A DNA stretch of 57,431 nucleotides, filler included, from Diploschistes diacapsis (Eukaryota), in NCBI GenBank assembly GCA_023645945.1. It is 7 parts of 7 records of this genome, joined end to end, with 100 filler letters (N's around TTAATTAATTAA, not from the genome) between each part and the next. Parts side by side here need not be neighbours in the genome. Positions count along the whole stretch, not along the records: positions 8,239 to 16,376 come from JALAIB010001191.1; positions 16,477 to 24,602 come from JALAIB010001192.1; 5 more parts are not named here. One strand, given 5' to 3'. The notes beneath the pieces are model-generated. The model was given only the letters and a program-made list of their open reading frames with translations. It had not been told where the DNA came from and did not search any database. Of the stretch, positions 12,087 to 24,702 are shown one piece after another (position 1 is the stretch's first letter; each line of letters begins with the position of its first letter). The position numbers and the translations under genes were made by a program.

Positions 12087-13586
12087 AGACAAGGAAAGGA
12101 AAGAAAGGGGAGGAGAAATGACTTGGCGGTAAATTAACATTGGATGAACAGAGGGGGGGTTTTGGGAGCTAGGAGTATGACTACCTGGAGGAGAGGTCCC
12201 TGGACTCATCGATCACAATACTGTTTACTTGGAGTTTACGGAGAAGTAATGGATGTTGTGGATAATGTTCGACGGTTGTTCGAGGCCAATTTGTTCAATT
12301 TTGGTGTTGACGTGGTGGCTGGGGTGCGAGGCCTCATGTCTCAGCAGTCTACTCTAACAGTCAAACACTCTGCTCACAGGCAAAGCCTCAGTTTAAAGCG
12401 CTACGAGTGTTCCAGAATAAGGCGTAAATGACTAAACAAAGATTGAAATCAATAAGGTGTTAAATGCCAATGGGTACTGGTCTCGAAGTTGATCAATAAA
12501 TCCCTGGCAATCGGTTCTGGAGGGAATTAAATCAAATATTTGCGAATCTGTGACACTTAACTAGGAAGCCCACCGCTCGGCTCCAGACCTGTCTCTCACA
12601 AGATGGCCATCAGCCTCGCTTTATCTTCAAGACTGAGACATGTGAGCGTCGCGGGAGGTCATTTCACCCATAATACATTGATGCATCTGTTCATATCATT
12701 GAAATCTTCTTCGAACTTCTTTCTTGGCTTTTCAGGCCCCCCCTTGGACGGCCAGCTCTTTCTCTATACCTTTAGTCACGAATTCAAGGCACATACGAGC
12801 TTCACCATCTTTCAATACGCTCACGCTTGAATGAACAAACTCGAAGTGTATCCCCGGCGACCGAGAGCCAAGTATCGGAGCTTTGCTCATGCAACTCTGT
12901 GATCGACAGCGTTACTCAATGTCCCGAAGCTACTGACTCTGAAGCGAGTCACCCTCTTGAGTCTTCCACAGTAGTATCAACGCATCAATGTACTTGAGTT
13001 GCGACTTAGTTCTTATAACCTTGGCTCCATGCCCTGTAAAGCATCGTTCTCTTCTTCCTTCTTCTGAAAGATATCCATAAAAACCCGACTGAAAGGGGAA
13101 GGCTGTTCATCCAAAGCGTTCTGTAACGGCGAGTCTCGATTTCTTGACCCCAAACGATTGCGCTCCAACTAGCGGGCCACTGTCAGCTTTATCGCATTCG
13201 GCTTGGTCGATGAAAGGATAATAAAGGTTATTATAGGCTTCGAAAATATAATTTGCGTAAACGGTTTATTTTAAACAAAGGGATATCGTCGGCCGTAAAG
13301 CTGATAAATGGATAACTCGTTTTGCCAACGAATATTGAAATATAAAAAAACAGCTGCAATTTTATTAAAGCTAATAAAAAAAGGCGCAATACTCAGACAA
13401 TCCTCTTCCTTGTTAAAGAAAACATGTTAAACTTGGTTTTCTTCGAACCTTAAAATATTATAATGTGATAACCGTTTCGTGCCACCGGATCGCTAAAACA
13501 CGAAAGGAAAATCACCCTCCAAACGCGTAGCATAGCAACCACGCTCCAAACGCGCTACATTTCAATTTGATAGCCTAGGGAAAAGA

Positions 13587-16376
13587 ATGTTCAAACCGTT
13601 CAAGGCACCGTCGTTTCTGAAGAAAGGAGCACCCAGAGCTTTGTCCCGCTCATTGGAAGAAGGTCGCGCACCCAAAAGGCAGCGGCTGGGCGACGAAGTA
13701 GAGACACCGCGAAAGCCTCTACATGCGATTCGGAGCTCAAGCTCGAGCTTGAATACGGAACTATCGCCACCTGACAGAGAGCATGATCAGACGGATACAG
13801 TCTTCTATAAGGTATTATGGTAAGTAATTTCAAAAGCGTATATTCGGAAGCGAGTTCATTCAAAAAACAGGCGGAAGTTCACTACCAAGAAGAACAAGAC
13901 TTGGGACGGTGACGGCATATTACGCGTAACCAAAGGCTATGCGTACCTTGAGGATGCTTCGGGCAGAGAATTAGGCAAAAACCCTTGCACTGGCCCCCTC
14001 CTGCCAGAATCTAAGCTTTCTGTTGGCGGCAGAGAAGTAGAAGTCGATTGTCTACTTTCCAAAAAAGAGTATCTTTCGAGACAGGCTTCTCGAGTTGATA
14101 CAAAGCCCAAGAATGTTCCCATCACGTCAATCAAAGTCCCTTTATCAAAACCCAAGCCGAAGCCTGAATTGGTTCCAGCCGAGGAACAAGCAAAGGCCGA
14201 AAAGCCTTTGAACCCCGCTGCGCCTAAGTCTGCTGCCACCTCGTCTAGATTTAAAAACCCGGTCCTCGAGACCACCGTGCTTGAGAAGAGAAGTGGACCT
14301 GCGCCTACGCCACGTCATGATCCCCATGCGGCGGGAGCACTTGTCATGAGACGGGTGAAGAATGTGCCCAGGGGAAGGCAGCCTGTTGATGTCGTGGTTG
14401 ACCCTCTGCTGTCGAAGCACCTCAGAGAGCATCAGCGGGATGGCGTCAGGTTTCTGTACGACTGTGTGATGGACATCAAGGATTTTGGCGGGCAGGGTGC
14501 GATTCTAGCAGATGAGATGGGGCTGGGGAAAACTTTGCAGACAATCGCACTACTATGGACACTATTAAAGCAGAATCCCATCCACGGGGACACGCCGGTG
14601 GTTAAGAAGGCCTTGATTGTATGCCCTGCTACGTTGATCAATAACTGGAAAAAGGAGTTCCGCAAGTGGCTCGGTGCGGAGAGAATAGGAGTTCTTGTTG
14701 TTGATGACAACAAAAAGAGGATTACAGACTTTACTCTAGGCAGAACCTACAGTGTCATCGTGATTAGCTACGAGAAGCTTCGCACGAATATTGAAGAGCT
14801 ACAAAAGGGCCCCGGCGTCGACATTGTTATCGCCGACGAAGGCCATCGCCTCAAGAAAGAGCAGAACAAGTCCGGCGTCGCTATCAGGAGTTTGAGTACT
14901 CCCCGAAAAATCATTCTCTCCGGCACACCGATCCAAAACGATCTCAGCGAGTTCTACTCCATGATAAACTTCGTCAACCCCGGCATCCTCGGCAGCGTCA
15001 AGACCTTCACCAAGCAATTCGAGGTTCCGATTGTGAAAAGCAGGCAACCTGAAGCTTCAGAAAATGACATCGAGAATGGCCAAGCACGCAGCGAAGAGCT
15101 TGCTGAAACAACATCTCCTTTCATCCTCCGTCGTACGGCCGACATCCTCTCCAAGTACCTCCCAACCAAAACCGAATACATTCTCCTCTGCCGCCCGACC
15201 AAAGCCCAAGCAGCCGTCTATCAGCGCGTACTGAAATCTTCCTCGTTCCGAGCCGCTCTGGGAGGCGCTTCAGAACTACATCTCCAGCTCATCACCCTTC
15301 TCAAAAAGATCTGCAACAGCCCGCGACTCCTACTACCCGCGGATAGTGCCACCTTCCCCAATGCCCTCAAAGACCCGTCCGACCTCGAAAACCCCTCTCT
15401 AACCACCTCTCTCATCTCTGAGCTACCATCGCACCTGCTGAGGAACAACGGCGCAAGCGCCAAGCTCCGCGTCCTCGACTCTCTCCTCCACCACCTCTCG
15501 CACAGCACCGACGAGAAGATCGTCCTGGTTTCGCACTCGACCTCCACCCTCGACCTGCTCTCCTCTCTCCTCACCGCCCACTCCCTACCCCACCTCCGCC
15601 TCGACGGCTCCACGCCCCTGAAACAGCGGCAGGACCTCGTCGACTCCTTTAACCGCTCGGCCGCCTCGCACACCTTCGCCTTCCTGCTCTCCGCCAAAGC
15701 CGGCGGCCAGGGCATCAACCTGATTGGCGCGTCGAGACTGGTTCTGTTCGATGTGGACTGGAACCCGGCGATCGACGCGCAGGCCATGGCGCGCATCCAC
15801 CGCGATGGGCAGCGGAGGCCGTGCGTCGTGTACAGGCTGCTGCTGGCGGGCGCGATGGACGAGAAGATTTGGCAGCGACAGGTGACGAAGGTGGGGTTGG
15901 CGGATGCGGTCATGGAGCATGCGGGTAAGGGAAAGGGCAGGGCAGGGAAGGCGGCGTTTACGAGGGAGGAGTTGAGAGATTTGTTCAGGCTTGACGTTAG
16001 GGAGGGAAAGGAGGGGCGAGGGGGCTGTCAGACTCACGAACTCATTGGTTGTAGTTGTGGGGGGAGAGGCATGCCAATGGAGGCGGCGGAGATGCAGCCG
16101 GAACCTGGTGCAGATGGACAGGGAGGCAGGCAGCAGGATGATGATGATGAGGACAACAATGAGGATGATGGCCTACCGCCCCCCGCCATCCTCCTGCGAA
16201 AAGCCAACGAAGTCGACATGGAAGCGCAAGAACGCCAGATACGCGTGCAGCATGCCGCGAAGAAAAAGGCAGCGAACAAGAGGAGAGAGGGGGGTGAGAA
16301 GGAAAGCATGCAGAGCTTGATGTCCTATGCGCACATCGACACGGCGCTCCTCCGTCATCGACGAAGGGGACAAGGC
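13587..16376 (+). CDS. RDH54: RDH54/RAD54B-like SNF2-family DNA translocase; 3' end lost at the gap; intron 13820-13870
   Basis: N-terminal MFKPFKAP and WRKFTTKKNKTWDGDG; ILADEMGLGKT (Walker A), DEGH, SGTPIQNDL, GGQGINLIGASRLVLFDVDWNPA and QAMARIHRDGQ. Confidence 0.88.
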
Positions 16377-16476
16377 NNNNNNNNNNNNNNNNNNNNNNNN
16401 NNNNNNNNNNNNNNNNNNNNTTAATTAATTAANNNNNNNNNNNNNNNNNNNNNNNNNNNNNNNNNNNNNNNNNNNN
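16377..16476. other. Artificial contig spacer
   Basis: N44-TTAATTAATTAA-N44. Confidence 0.98.
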
Positions 16477-18985
16477 CCCGGTAGTTGGGTGGAAGGTTTG
16501 CCTGAGCGCCTTTGTATTTCTATGGCGTGTATTGGGGGTGATTGAGGGGGGGAGGGGGCTGGCTTGCGCATGAAGCAGGCACTGAACGATGGATAGTAAC
16601 TTTGTTGGGAAGGGACGTTGTCAACATGCAGAGAGGTCTCTGCCGATCTGCCGGTCTGTGTGTCAAGACTTCCTTCCCCCTTCCTACATAAAGTGACCCC
16701 TATACATGCTTCAAGGTTCAATTACCTCGACAACTGCCGGTTTTTCGTATCTTTGCCTATGCCAAGGCCAATCTTCTACATGTAACGTGGCGGTTGCAGT
16801 GCACAGAAGCTACAGGGGGAGGGGGGGGGGGCAAGTTGTGCGGGTTCCTGACATGATCTATTATTACCGGACTAAATCGGAACTCGGAACAAAGTATGAG
16901 AAGCCATTCTTGCAAAGTAATAAGCGCCAATTTTGAAAGGCTGTATGAGTTTACTGTGAAGCGGGGGATCAAAGCTCTTCTTCTTCCTTGTTTCCGCTGG
17001 ACCCTTTTTTCTTAGAAAGGGTCATTTTTTCCTTGCTCTACAGCTAGCGATGCAGAGCGCAGATCTTCCCGGGCAAAGCGGAAGACGAATGAAGGTGACG
17101 ATCGCGTTTCCCTTTCCGCTTCTCTCGCAGCTTGCATCTTTGGACCATCCAATCTGATGGGCGATCCGGTCCGATCTGATCTGAGATGCCCATGGGGTCG
17201 CTCTGCATGATTGGATGTGGTCGAGTAGAGTTGCAGCCCCCAGTTAGTTACATTCACTACAACTTGAACAACTTGAACCCACCACCCCACACCTCCTCCC
17301 CCTGATCGGCGTCCAATTGGTAGCACGTCTCACTTTCCTTTCTCTAAGGACGGAAGCCAAAAAAAAACAAGATAGGTAGGGGGGATTGGTGACTCGGAGC
17401 TAAAGAAAAGTGGGAGGGGCTAACGGTTGGGGACGGTGACAATCGACAATGAATCAACTCTGCGATCCCATCAATGACTTTTGTATGTATCCAACTCAAT
17501 AATGAAATAATCAATAGTCATTAGGATTACATGGCGAGCCGCCTTTCCCAGCGCCCCCTCTACCATAACTCTTTACCACTTTCTTCTTTTTTCTCCAATG
17601 TCTCACCTCTCCGCCAATACTACTAACAAGAGCCCCCAACCCGCTTTACCGTCCAACCCGCCCCCGGAAAAGGTTTAACTTTTCTTCTCTCTGTTTGTTG
17701 TGGAATGATCAGAATCGCCTATTAAGCCAAGAAGCGGCCTGGAGCTCTCCAATGGCGGTACCGAGAAGTTTGCGACGGAGACGCCTGGACCATCTGTCCT
17801 TGGTGACAGGCCCATAACAAATTGCACGCGTGCACCACTACTTCTCTAGACCCGATCTTTTGGTGGCTGATGGGGAGGAATCGATCAAGCCAGCTTGGGT
17901 TGCATCCTTTCTTTAACCGGCAAGAGCTCCTAGCTCAAGGCAAAAAGAGGGTGGTGGCATTATCCCACGGCGGACATCATCAATCTTACGCCTGAGCCCT
18001 CTGCCATTCTTCGTTCTTGGTACCTACGCAATTCCGTCGTTCCACGCCCGCGGAATCTATGATGCCATCTCCTTTTGAAAGGGGTGGCGCTCCCCTCTTG
18101 AAGTTTAAACAATTTTGACGGGCGGGCCACGTTCAACGCCATGGCCCATGGCCCCCATAAAGTCAAATATCGAGTGGCTCGAGTATTCGGGGCCCTCTCT
18201 CTACACAGCATGCGGCGCGCAGCGCCTCAACCCTGAGCTGGTCGATGCTGTCCCGCTCTTGTGGAGGCGCCCACAGGTTCTACATCCACTTCAATATCTA
18301 CGCCACACGAATCACACGCGGCTGACCCTCGTTCATCTTCTGCTGTGATATACAAGACGCAATGATGAAAATCCTGAGCCGCTGGAACCCTTAGCTCTTT
18401 TCGCCAAAGCATGCTCGCGCATCCACGTACCCCATCGTGGCTACCCACGCGATCCCTGCGCGCCATGCCTTGGTTATAGAACTATCCGGACGCCTCATTC
18501 TTTCTGACCGAGCTACAATTCGTCCGGCCTTACCGAACCCACCCCCTTCATAGAGTATGCAATCTTTTTCCAATCGCTTCACCACAGCTTTGGCTTTGTT
18601 TTCAAATTCAGGGGAAGACGAGGTGGACACTTTCCTGGTAGGCAAACTGTCTTATGGGTTGAGTTCTTTGGGCACTGCGGTCCCGGAGCATCTCGTTTTC
18701 CACGTGCATGTCCTCGGACCTGGATGCGGTGGTTGGTGTCCTCCAACCATGCCCTCTCCTGCTTCATTTGGACCATCGTAGAAGTTTCATGGCTCTATGG
18801 TTTGCCCTTCCTTGCATTGGTGTCTCACTTCGTTTCTGGCCTACTTCAAAGAGCTCCACGAGGCTTTGCACGAGTGGGTTAGCTGCCCTTATGTTTTATA
18901 TCGAAGCCGTCTTACAGTTCTCGAAGTTCGTTCTTGGCCAATCTCGCACAATAGCTGCTGAGGTTTCGGCCATCTGCAGTACCTA

Positions 18986-20513
18986 ATGAGCTATCCTCCT
19001 GACTTCCCCAAAGGGGCCCGCAACAACTTCGCCCGCGGACCTCTGCACGATAATATCCACCACCAGCAGCACGACCACGACGACGACGACGGGGCGAGCT
19101 GCAAGACAACCATGGATCCTTCGATGGCTTCGGCATCAGCGTACCGCGGTGAGCAGCCTCAGCAACAACATTACTGGGGTGCACAGAGTCACTCTAGTCT
19201 ACACGCGCGACGAAGCACTGCTCCGTCTTACGATCATGCAATGCCGCTCTTCCCGCCCTCGGGGAACTACGCACTGCCTTTCCAGATTCCAAGCCTCGAC
19301 AGCTCCTCTCCAAATTTTGGCTTGCTCCATTACCAGCAAACGGGAAACGCGCTGGTTCATTCCTCGGCAGCTTTGCCTGCAGCGCTTACCATGCCACATC
19401 TGGTTGGCTACGGTGCCATGGCAGAGCCACCGCACCATCTGTCATCCAACAGATACGATATGCCGATGCCTTTCCAGCGAAGCAGATTCGGTGCTGCATA
19501 TCACATGGACGCTGCGGGCCCCAGCCTCCGAGCGGACGACAAGGCGGATGTGGACACGCTCATGAAGACAATCCAAGGTCGAAAGTCGGATCGGAAAATC
19601 TTTGGTGAGCCAGACCAAGGACCAGCGGCGACCAGCGCGGCCATTACACGGACCAATTCAACGAGCTCGAGAGGGTCTACCGGCTCGCAAGGCTCAGTAA
19701 GCAGGAAGAAGTACCAATGCCATGTCCCTTGGTGCGCGAAAAGGTTCTTCCAGAAAACACATCTCGAGATCCACTCAAGGGCGCATACTGGTTACAAGCC
19801 ATTTGTGAGTTAGAGTCGATCGGGCTAGCGGCTTGGTGCCTGACATATGCAGCTTTGCCGAGAGCCTGGTTGTGGGCAGCGCTTTTCGCAACTTGGGAAT
19901 CTGAAGAGTAGGCTTCGTTGCTCCCACATAAGGCCTCCCACTGACCTTTTCCCGAGCTCATGAGAGGAGGCACACCGGCGAGAGGCCGTACTCGTGCAAC
20001 ATATGTGGCAAGAGCTTTGCCCAGAGGGGAAACGTACGAGCACACCGAGTCGTGCACGACCAGACCAAGCCCTTTGTGTGCAGGCTCGAAACGTGTGGGA
20101 AGCACTTTACGCAGCTAGGAAATCTCAAGGTACGGGATCGGCCTTGGTCTTATAATGGGATCTGGCGCTGACGCCCTGGGGACCAGTCTCACCAGAACAA
20201 GTTCCATTCGCATGTCATTCAAGACCTCACCACGAGGTTTGCCGCGATCAAGGACGGAGATATAGTACCGGACGTTGACAAGGATCTGTGGGAGTACTTC
20301 TCGGAGTTGTACAAGAACAGCAACAAGGGGATCAAAGGACGAGGCAAAGGCCGGAAGATTGCGATGATGCCGAAACCGACCAGTTCGACAGGCAACGCCG
20401 AAACATCTGCCGCCGGCATGAGGTCGACAAACGACGCGGTGGCTCAAGGAGAAGTATCAGCCACGAATGTGGAAGAGGTTGATAGCAGCGAGGAGGAAAG
20501 CGAGGAGGAATGA
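18986..20513 (+). CDS. AZF1: AZF1-like C2H2 zinc-finger transcription factor (4 fingers); introns 19805-19852, 19908-19956, 20130-20186
   Basis: Fingers [41 protein letters not shown] and [15 protein letters not shown], plus C-terminal [18 protein letters not shown] characteristic of Azf1 orthologues. The start codon is less certain. Confidence 0.88.
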
Positions 20514-20586
20514 AGACACGGCCGTTGAAAGGCATGACGCCAGGACAGCAGGACCTATTATTATGCCCGGAGGAACGAGCATTGCG

Positions 20587-20625
20587 CACACACACACATA
20601 CGCACACACACACGAGAGAGAGAGC
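20587..20625. repeat. Compound (CA)n/(GA)n microsatellite
   Basis: Seen directly, downstream of the AZF1 stop. Confidence 0.85.
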
Positions 20626-21179
20626 ATACGATAGCATATACACGGGGCCCTAGACGATGGTATGTCTTGGGCATGGCGACACCCCTTTTTCATTTCTTAC
20701 ACGTTTTTTTTTGTATCTGCCTACTGCAACACAAAAAATTCCCCATGTGCCTATTTTACGGGCGTGTTATTATACCTATCTAGTACTTCAGGGGGGCAGT
20801 TGATTTACTAACCCAGCCCAAATCCACGTGTGCCAAGCTGTCTGTCTGTTTTCTTTTGCATTTTTGCAGCTCGGAGTGGGCCCAACCCGAAGAGAACTCG
20901 GTCTCACCACTTTTTTCTTAACGCCGTTCCTGCCCACCCCCAAATACCTAGTAACAACCTACAGCTTCAACTAACCATCGACATTGCCCGCTGCTCCCAC
21001 CTCCACTCTCTTTTGTTCTTTCTGACTTTTCTCACTCATTAGTCTCTCTGTACATAAAGATATCCTACTCTGATTTTCTGCTTCTACATCTATGCTTTTG
21101 AGCAATACCGAGCCCGCTCCACTCATTCAAAAATTCAAAATTCAAAAAAAATTCTAGATGCTGAAGCAGGATTGACACA

Positions 21180-22380
21180 ATGGACGTCGTTCTCGAAATT
21201 TTTGACACCTTCCTCTTCGACAGGCTGTATGCCACCGTCTACCCCGCCACAACTCCAATGGTCCTTAAGAAGGTCGTCCAGGATGCTATCATACCCACTT
21301 CGAGCTTTTCGAGCATGCGCGAGGTCCCGACGCCCTTTGCACCCACCACTCAATTCCTCCAACTGGACCCCTCACCCTACGCCTACTTAAGTGGATGGCC
21401 GCGGGATAACGTTTATCGCCAGGCGTTGAGCTTGTACCTGATCACCTGGTAGGCAAATTCGATCCCGTAACCTTCTGGAGGAGCAGCAGCAGCAGCAGCA
21501 ACTGACTTCCATCAGGCTCTTCGGGTTCGTCACCTACTTCGTCTTCGCGTCGCTCTCCTACTATTACGTATTCGACCACGCCACCTTCACCCACCCAAAG
21601 TACCTCAAGAACCAAGTCTGGCTCGAGATCAAGCAGACCCTCTACGCAATGCCCGGCATTGCCGTCTTCACCGCCCCTCTGTTCCTCCTCGAAGTCCGCG
21701 GCTATGCCAAGCTCTACGACGCTCCTTCGGACGCGCCCTTCCCGCTATACAACTGGCTACAGTTCCCTCTCTTTCTGCTGTTTACGGACTTTTGCATCTA
21801 CTGGATCCACCGCGGTCTGCACCACCCACGCGTCTACAAGACCCTGCACAAGGCCCACCACAGGTGGATCATGCCCACGCCCTTTGCCAGTCATGCATTC
21901 CATCCACTGGATGGCTTCTCGCAGAGCATTCCCTACCACGTTTTCCCCTTTCTCTTTCCCTTGCAGAAGTTTGCCTACGTTGCGCTGTTCATCTTTGTCA
22001 ATATCTGGACCATCATGATCCGTACGTATATCACCTGCCCAGTCCCCCCTTTGGGGGCATCCCATGAACTCTTTCACTTACGCTCCTCAGATGACGGCGA
22101 GTACGTCGCCAACTCCCCCATCATCAACGGTGCCGCCTGTCACACCATGCACCACCTGTACTTCAACTACAACTATGGCCAATACACGACGCTGTGGGAT
22201 CGCCTGGGCGGGTCGTATCGCAAGCCCAACCCGGAACTGTTCGAAAGGGAGAGCAAGATGAGCAAGAGGGAGTGGGAAAGGCAAGTGAAAGAGATGGAGC
22301 TGCTGCAAAAGGACGTGGAGGGTGATGACGAAAGGAGTTATCTGGACGAGGCGAAACGGTTGCAGAAGAAGGTGCTATGA
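21180..22380 (+). CDS. ERG3: C-5 sterol desaturase; introns 21449-21515 and 22022-22090
   Basis: MDVVLEIFDTFLFD N-terminus; histidine boxes HRGLH, HKAHH and HTMHH; FASHAFHPLDG; YNYGQYTTLWDRLGGSYR. Confidence 0.95.
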
Positions 22381-23434
22381 AAAGCTCGAAAGTTTTTTTA
22401 AGTTTCTTTTTTATACCCTCGACGAGGCATATCGGGGGCGGGGGTCATACTGCATATTCTCTAGCGGCTATTTTTGGATTCGTCCAAGGGGGGGATTTCA
22501 CAGCAGGCATTCGCCATGTACAAAGTGCTACCGCCAAAAAAAGAGCAACTTGACCCGCCTTTCGTCTTCGTCAGGAGGTGCTGCGTACGTACATGTAAGA
22601 CCCACCGCGCTACTTTCTCCTTCCCCACCCCTTCTGTGATGGGCGCAATTCCCTTTTCCCATTAGCGTACGAAGTGGGAGGGGGGGGGGACTAGTTCGGT
22701 CGAGGCTAATAAATAGAAGGGCCAAACTCGACCAAAGCTGAAGCTCGCTGGCCCAAGAAGCACCCGCAGCGCAGCAGCGTCACCAACCCATATCCAGGAT
22801 TCCTTTGAGCATGCACCGAAGCCCCGTCAGACCTTCTTCTTCTTATTCTTCCCTAAATCCTAGTCCCCCTGAAGAAATCCCTCAACAACCCGATATGAAA
22901 TATTGAGCAGGGGGGGAGATACAATACGTATTCTTTTTTTTTTTTTTTTTACAGGCAGGACGAGAAAAAAGCATCGGACGCTAGGTTCTGTCCTTCCGTC
23001 TGTCTATCACGTTCTTGCTCTCGCCAAACAGGGAGCATAGGAGCATAGGAGGAGCGAAAAGAACCCGCCCCGCCCCCCGGGTCGTTGGAGAGAGAGTGAG
23101 AGAGGGACAGGGAGAGAGAAACGCTGGCTGGCCAGCACAAGTTTCGAGGCGCGCGAGGTACGGTCACTCACTGACGCAAAACGCTGGATGGAAAAATCCA
23201 AGGATAAAAAACCAACTCGTTTGCACACACACGCGCGCGCACACACACACACACGTTTGCATGCCCCATGTTCAACATGTCCCATGTCCCATGTCCTCCA
23301 TCTAGGAGGGGTGCGGGGGCTACACACACACACCCACCTCGGCAGCATGCTGCGCTGGCATGTATGTGTGTAAGTATGTACGGCACAAGGTTTGGTTTGC
23401 ATGGTATACACACACACACACACATATATATATA

Positions 23435-24252
23435 ACGTGTTTCACGGGGATTCCGGCCACCCCCAGATTCCGGCCACCTCAAATCACTACCGCCAACATT
23501 CTACGGTTTTTAGATATAATCTATTCGTCGTAATCAGAATCTAATCGATTAAAATCGAATCTATTTTCCTCCTCTTTATTTTTCTCGATTTTAAAAACGC
23601 GATACCGTTTTTTACGCGTTATAAATCGTTTCGAAATTATTCGATTCGATTTAACTCGAATTATTATTTTAAAAACTTCGTTTATATTAAATATAAAACG
23701 ATCTTTTAATTCGATTTATTTATTTAATTTACGTTTTTTATAATTATTAAGAAGCGTTTTTATTTTCGGTTTTCTTTACGAAACGTTATAAATTTAATAT
23801 ACGTTAATTTAAATATACGAGTTATGCGATTCGAATAACGTCGAATTAAATTAATTAATTCTAAAACGGCTCGTAACGTTTAATTAAATTCTTTATTAAT
23901 TTTTTATAGTTCGGTTATATTTAATAAAGAATTATATAATAAAATAAATCTAAATCGAATTATTTCGAGATTAAAAAAAGATTATAAAATAAAAATAAAA
24001 AGATTCGATAAATCGAATAAAGCTTATTAAACACGATTATAAGATTAATAAATTATAATTCAACATTTATAAAGCCTGTTTAAACGTTTCGATTCGTAAC
24101 AGCTCGATTCCGAGCTATTAAAAATAATTTAATTTATTCCGAGCGTGCCATACGCGATCTATTTAATCGAATAATATAATCCGTCTCTTACGCCAACGCG
24201 CTTTTTAACGGCGAAAATATTACGACATCGAATGATTAAAGAAGATAAGAAC
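23435..24252 (+). mobile_element. Fot1/pogo-like DNA transposon 5' part, heavily RIP-mutated, inserted in a (CA)n(TA)n microsatellite
   Basis: TA followed by ACGT-initiated terminus 23435-23478 containing two copies of GATTCCGGCCACC, the architecture of Fot1/Tan1-type TIRs. It is followed by about 750 bp of very AT-rich, TpA-rich, CpA/TpG-poor sequence. Confidence 0.65.
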
Positions 24253-24602
24253 TAGGCTGGCCGTCACTGACACTGACACGGCCGTGTCAGTGACACGGAC
24301 ACTGACAGTGTCAGTATCCGTGTTTTAGATTTTTTAGCTGCGGTGTCCGTGTCCGTGGATTTACGGAAATGCAGTATCCGTATCAATATCAATGTTTTAA
24401 AATTTTTAATTACAGTGTCCGTGTCCGTGTTTTCATTATAATACAATATCCGTGTTAATGTCCGTACCGAAAAAATTTTTATTATAATATTCGTATCCGT
24501 GTTTTTATTATAATATAATGTCCGTGTTAGTATCCGTGTTTTAAGTTTTTTAATTATAATATCCGTGATCGTATTTTTATTATAATATAATATCCTTGTT
24601 AA
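24253..24602. mobile_element. Repeat-rich element terminus (possibly hAT-like) with palindromes and a degenerate TCCGTG array, running into the gap
   Basis: Starts TAGGCTG; perfect 22-bp palindrome CACTGACACGGCCGTGTCAGTG at 24271-24292; numerous (G/A)TCCGT(G) motifs separated by AT-rich spacers. Confidence 0.45.
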
Positions 24603-24702
24603 NNNNNNNNNNNNNNNNNNNNNNNNNNNNNNNNNNNNNNNNNNNNTTAATTAATTAANNNNNNNNNNNNNNNNNNNNNNNNNNNNNNNNNNNNNNNNNN
24701 NN
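24603..24702. other. Artificial contig spacer
   Basis: N44-TTAATTAATTAA-N44. Confidence 0.98.

Noticed and set aside
15221..16037. Long antisense ORFs inside RDH54 (likewise inside the SPATA20-like, kinesin and beta-propeller genes)
   Set aside because: Shadow ORFs caused by GC-rich codon usage of the sense gene.
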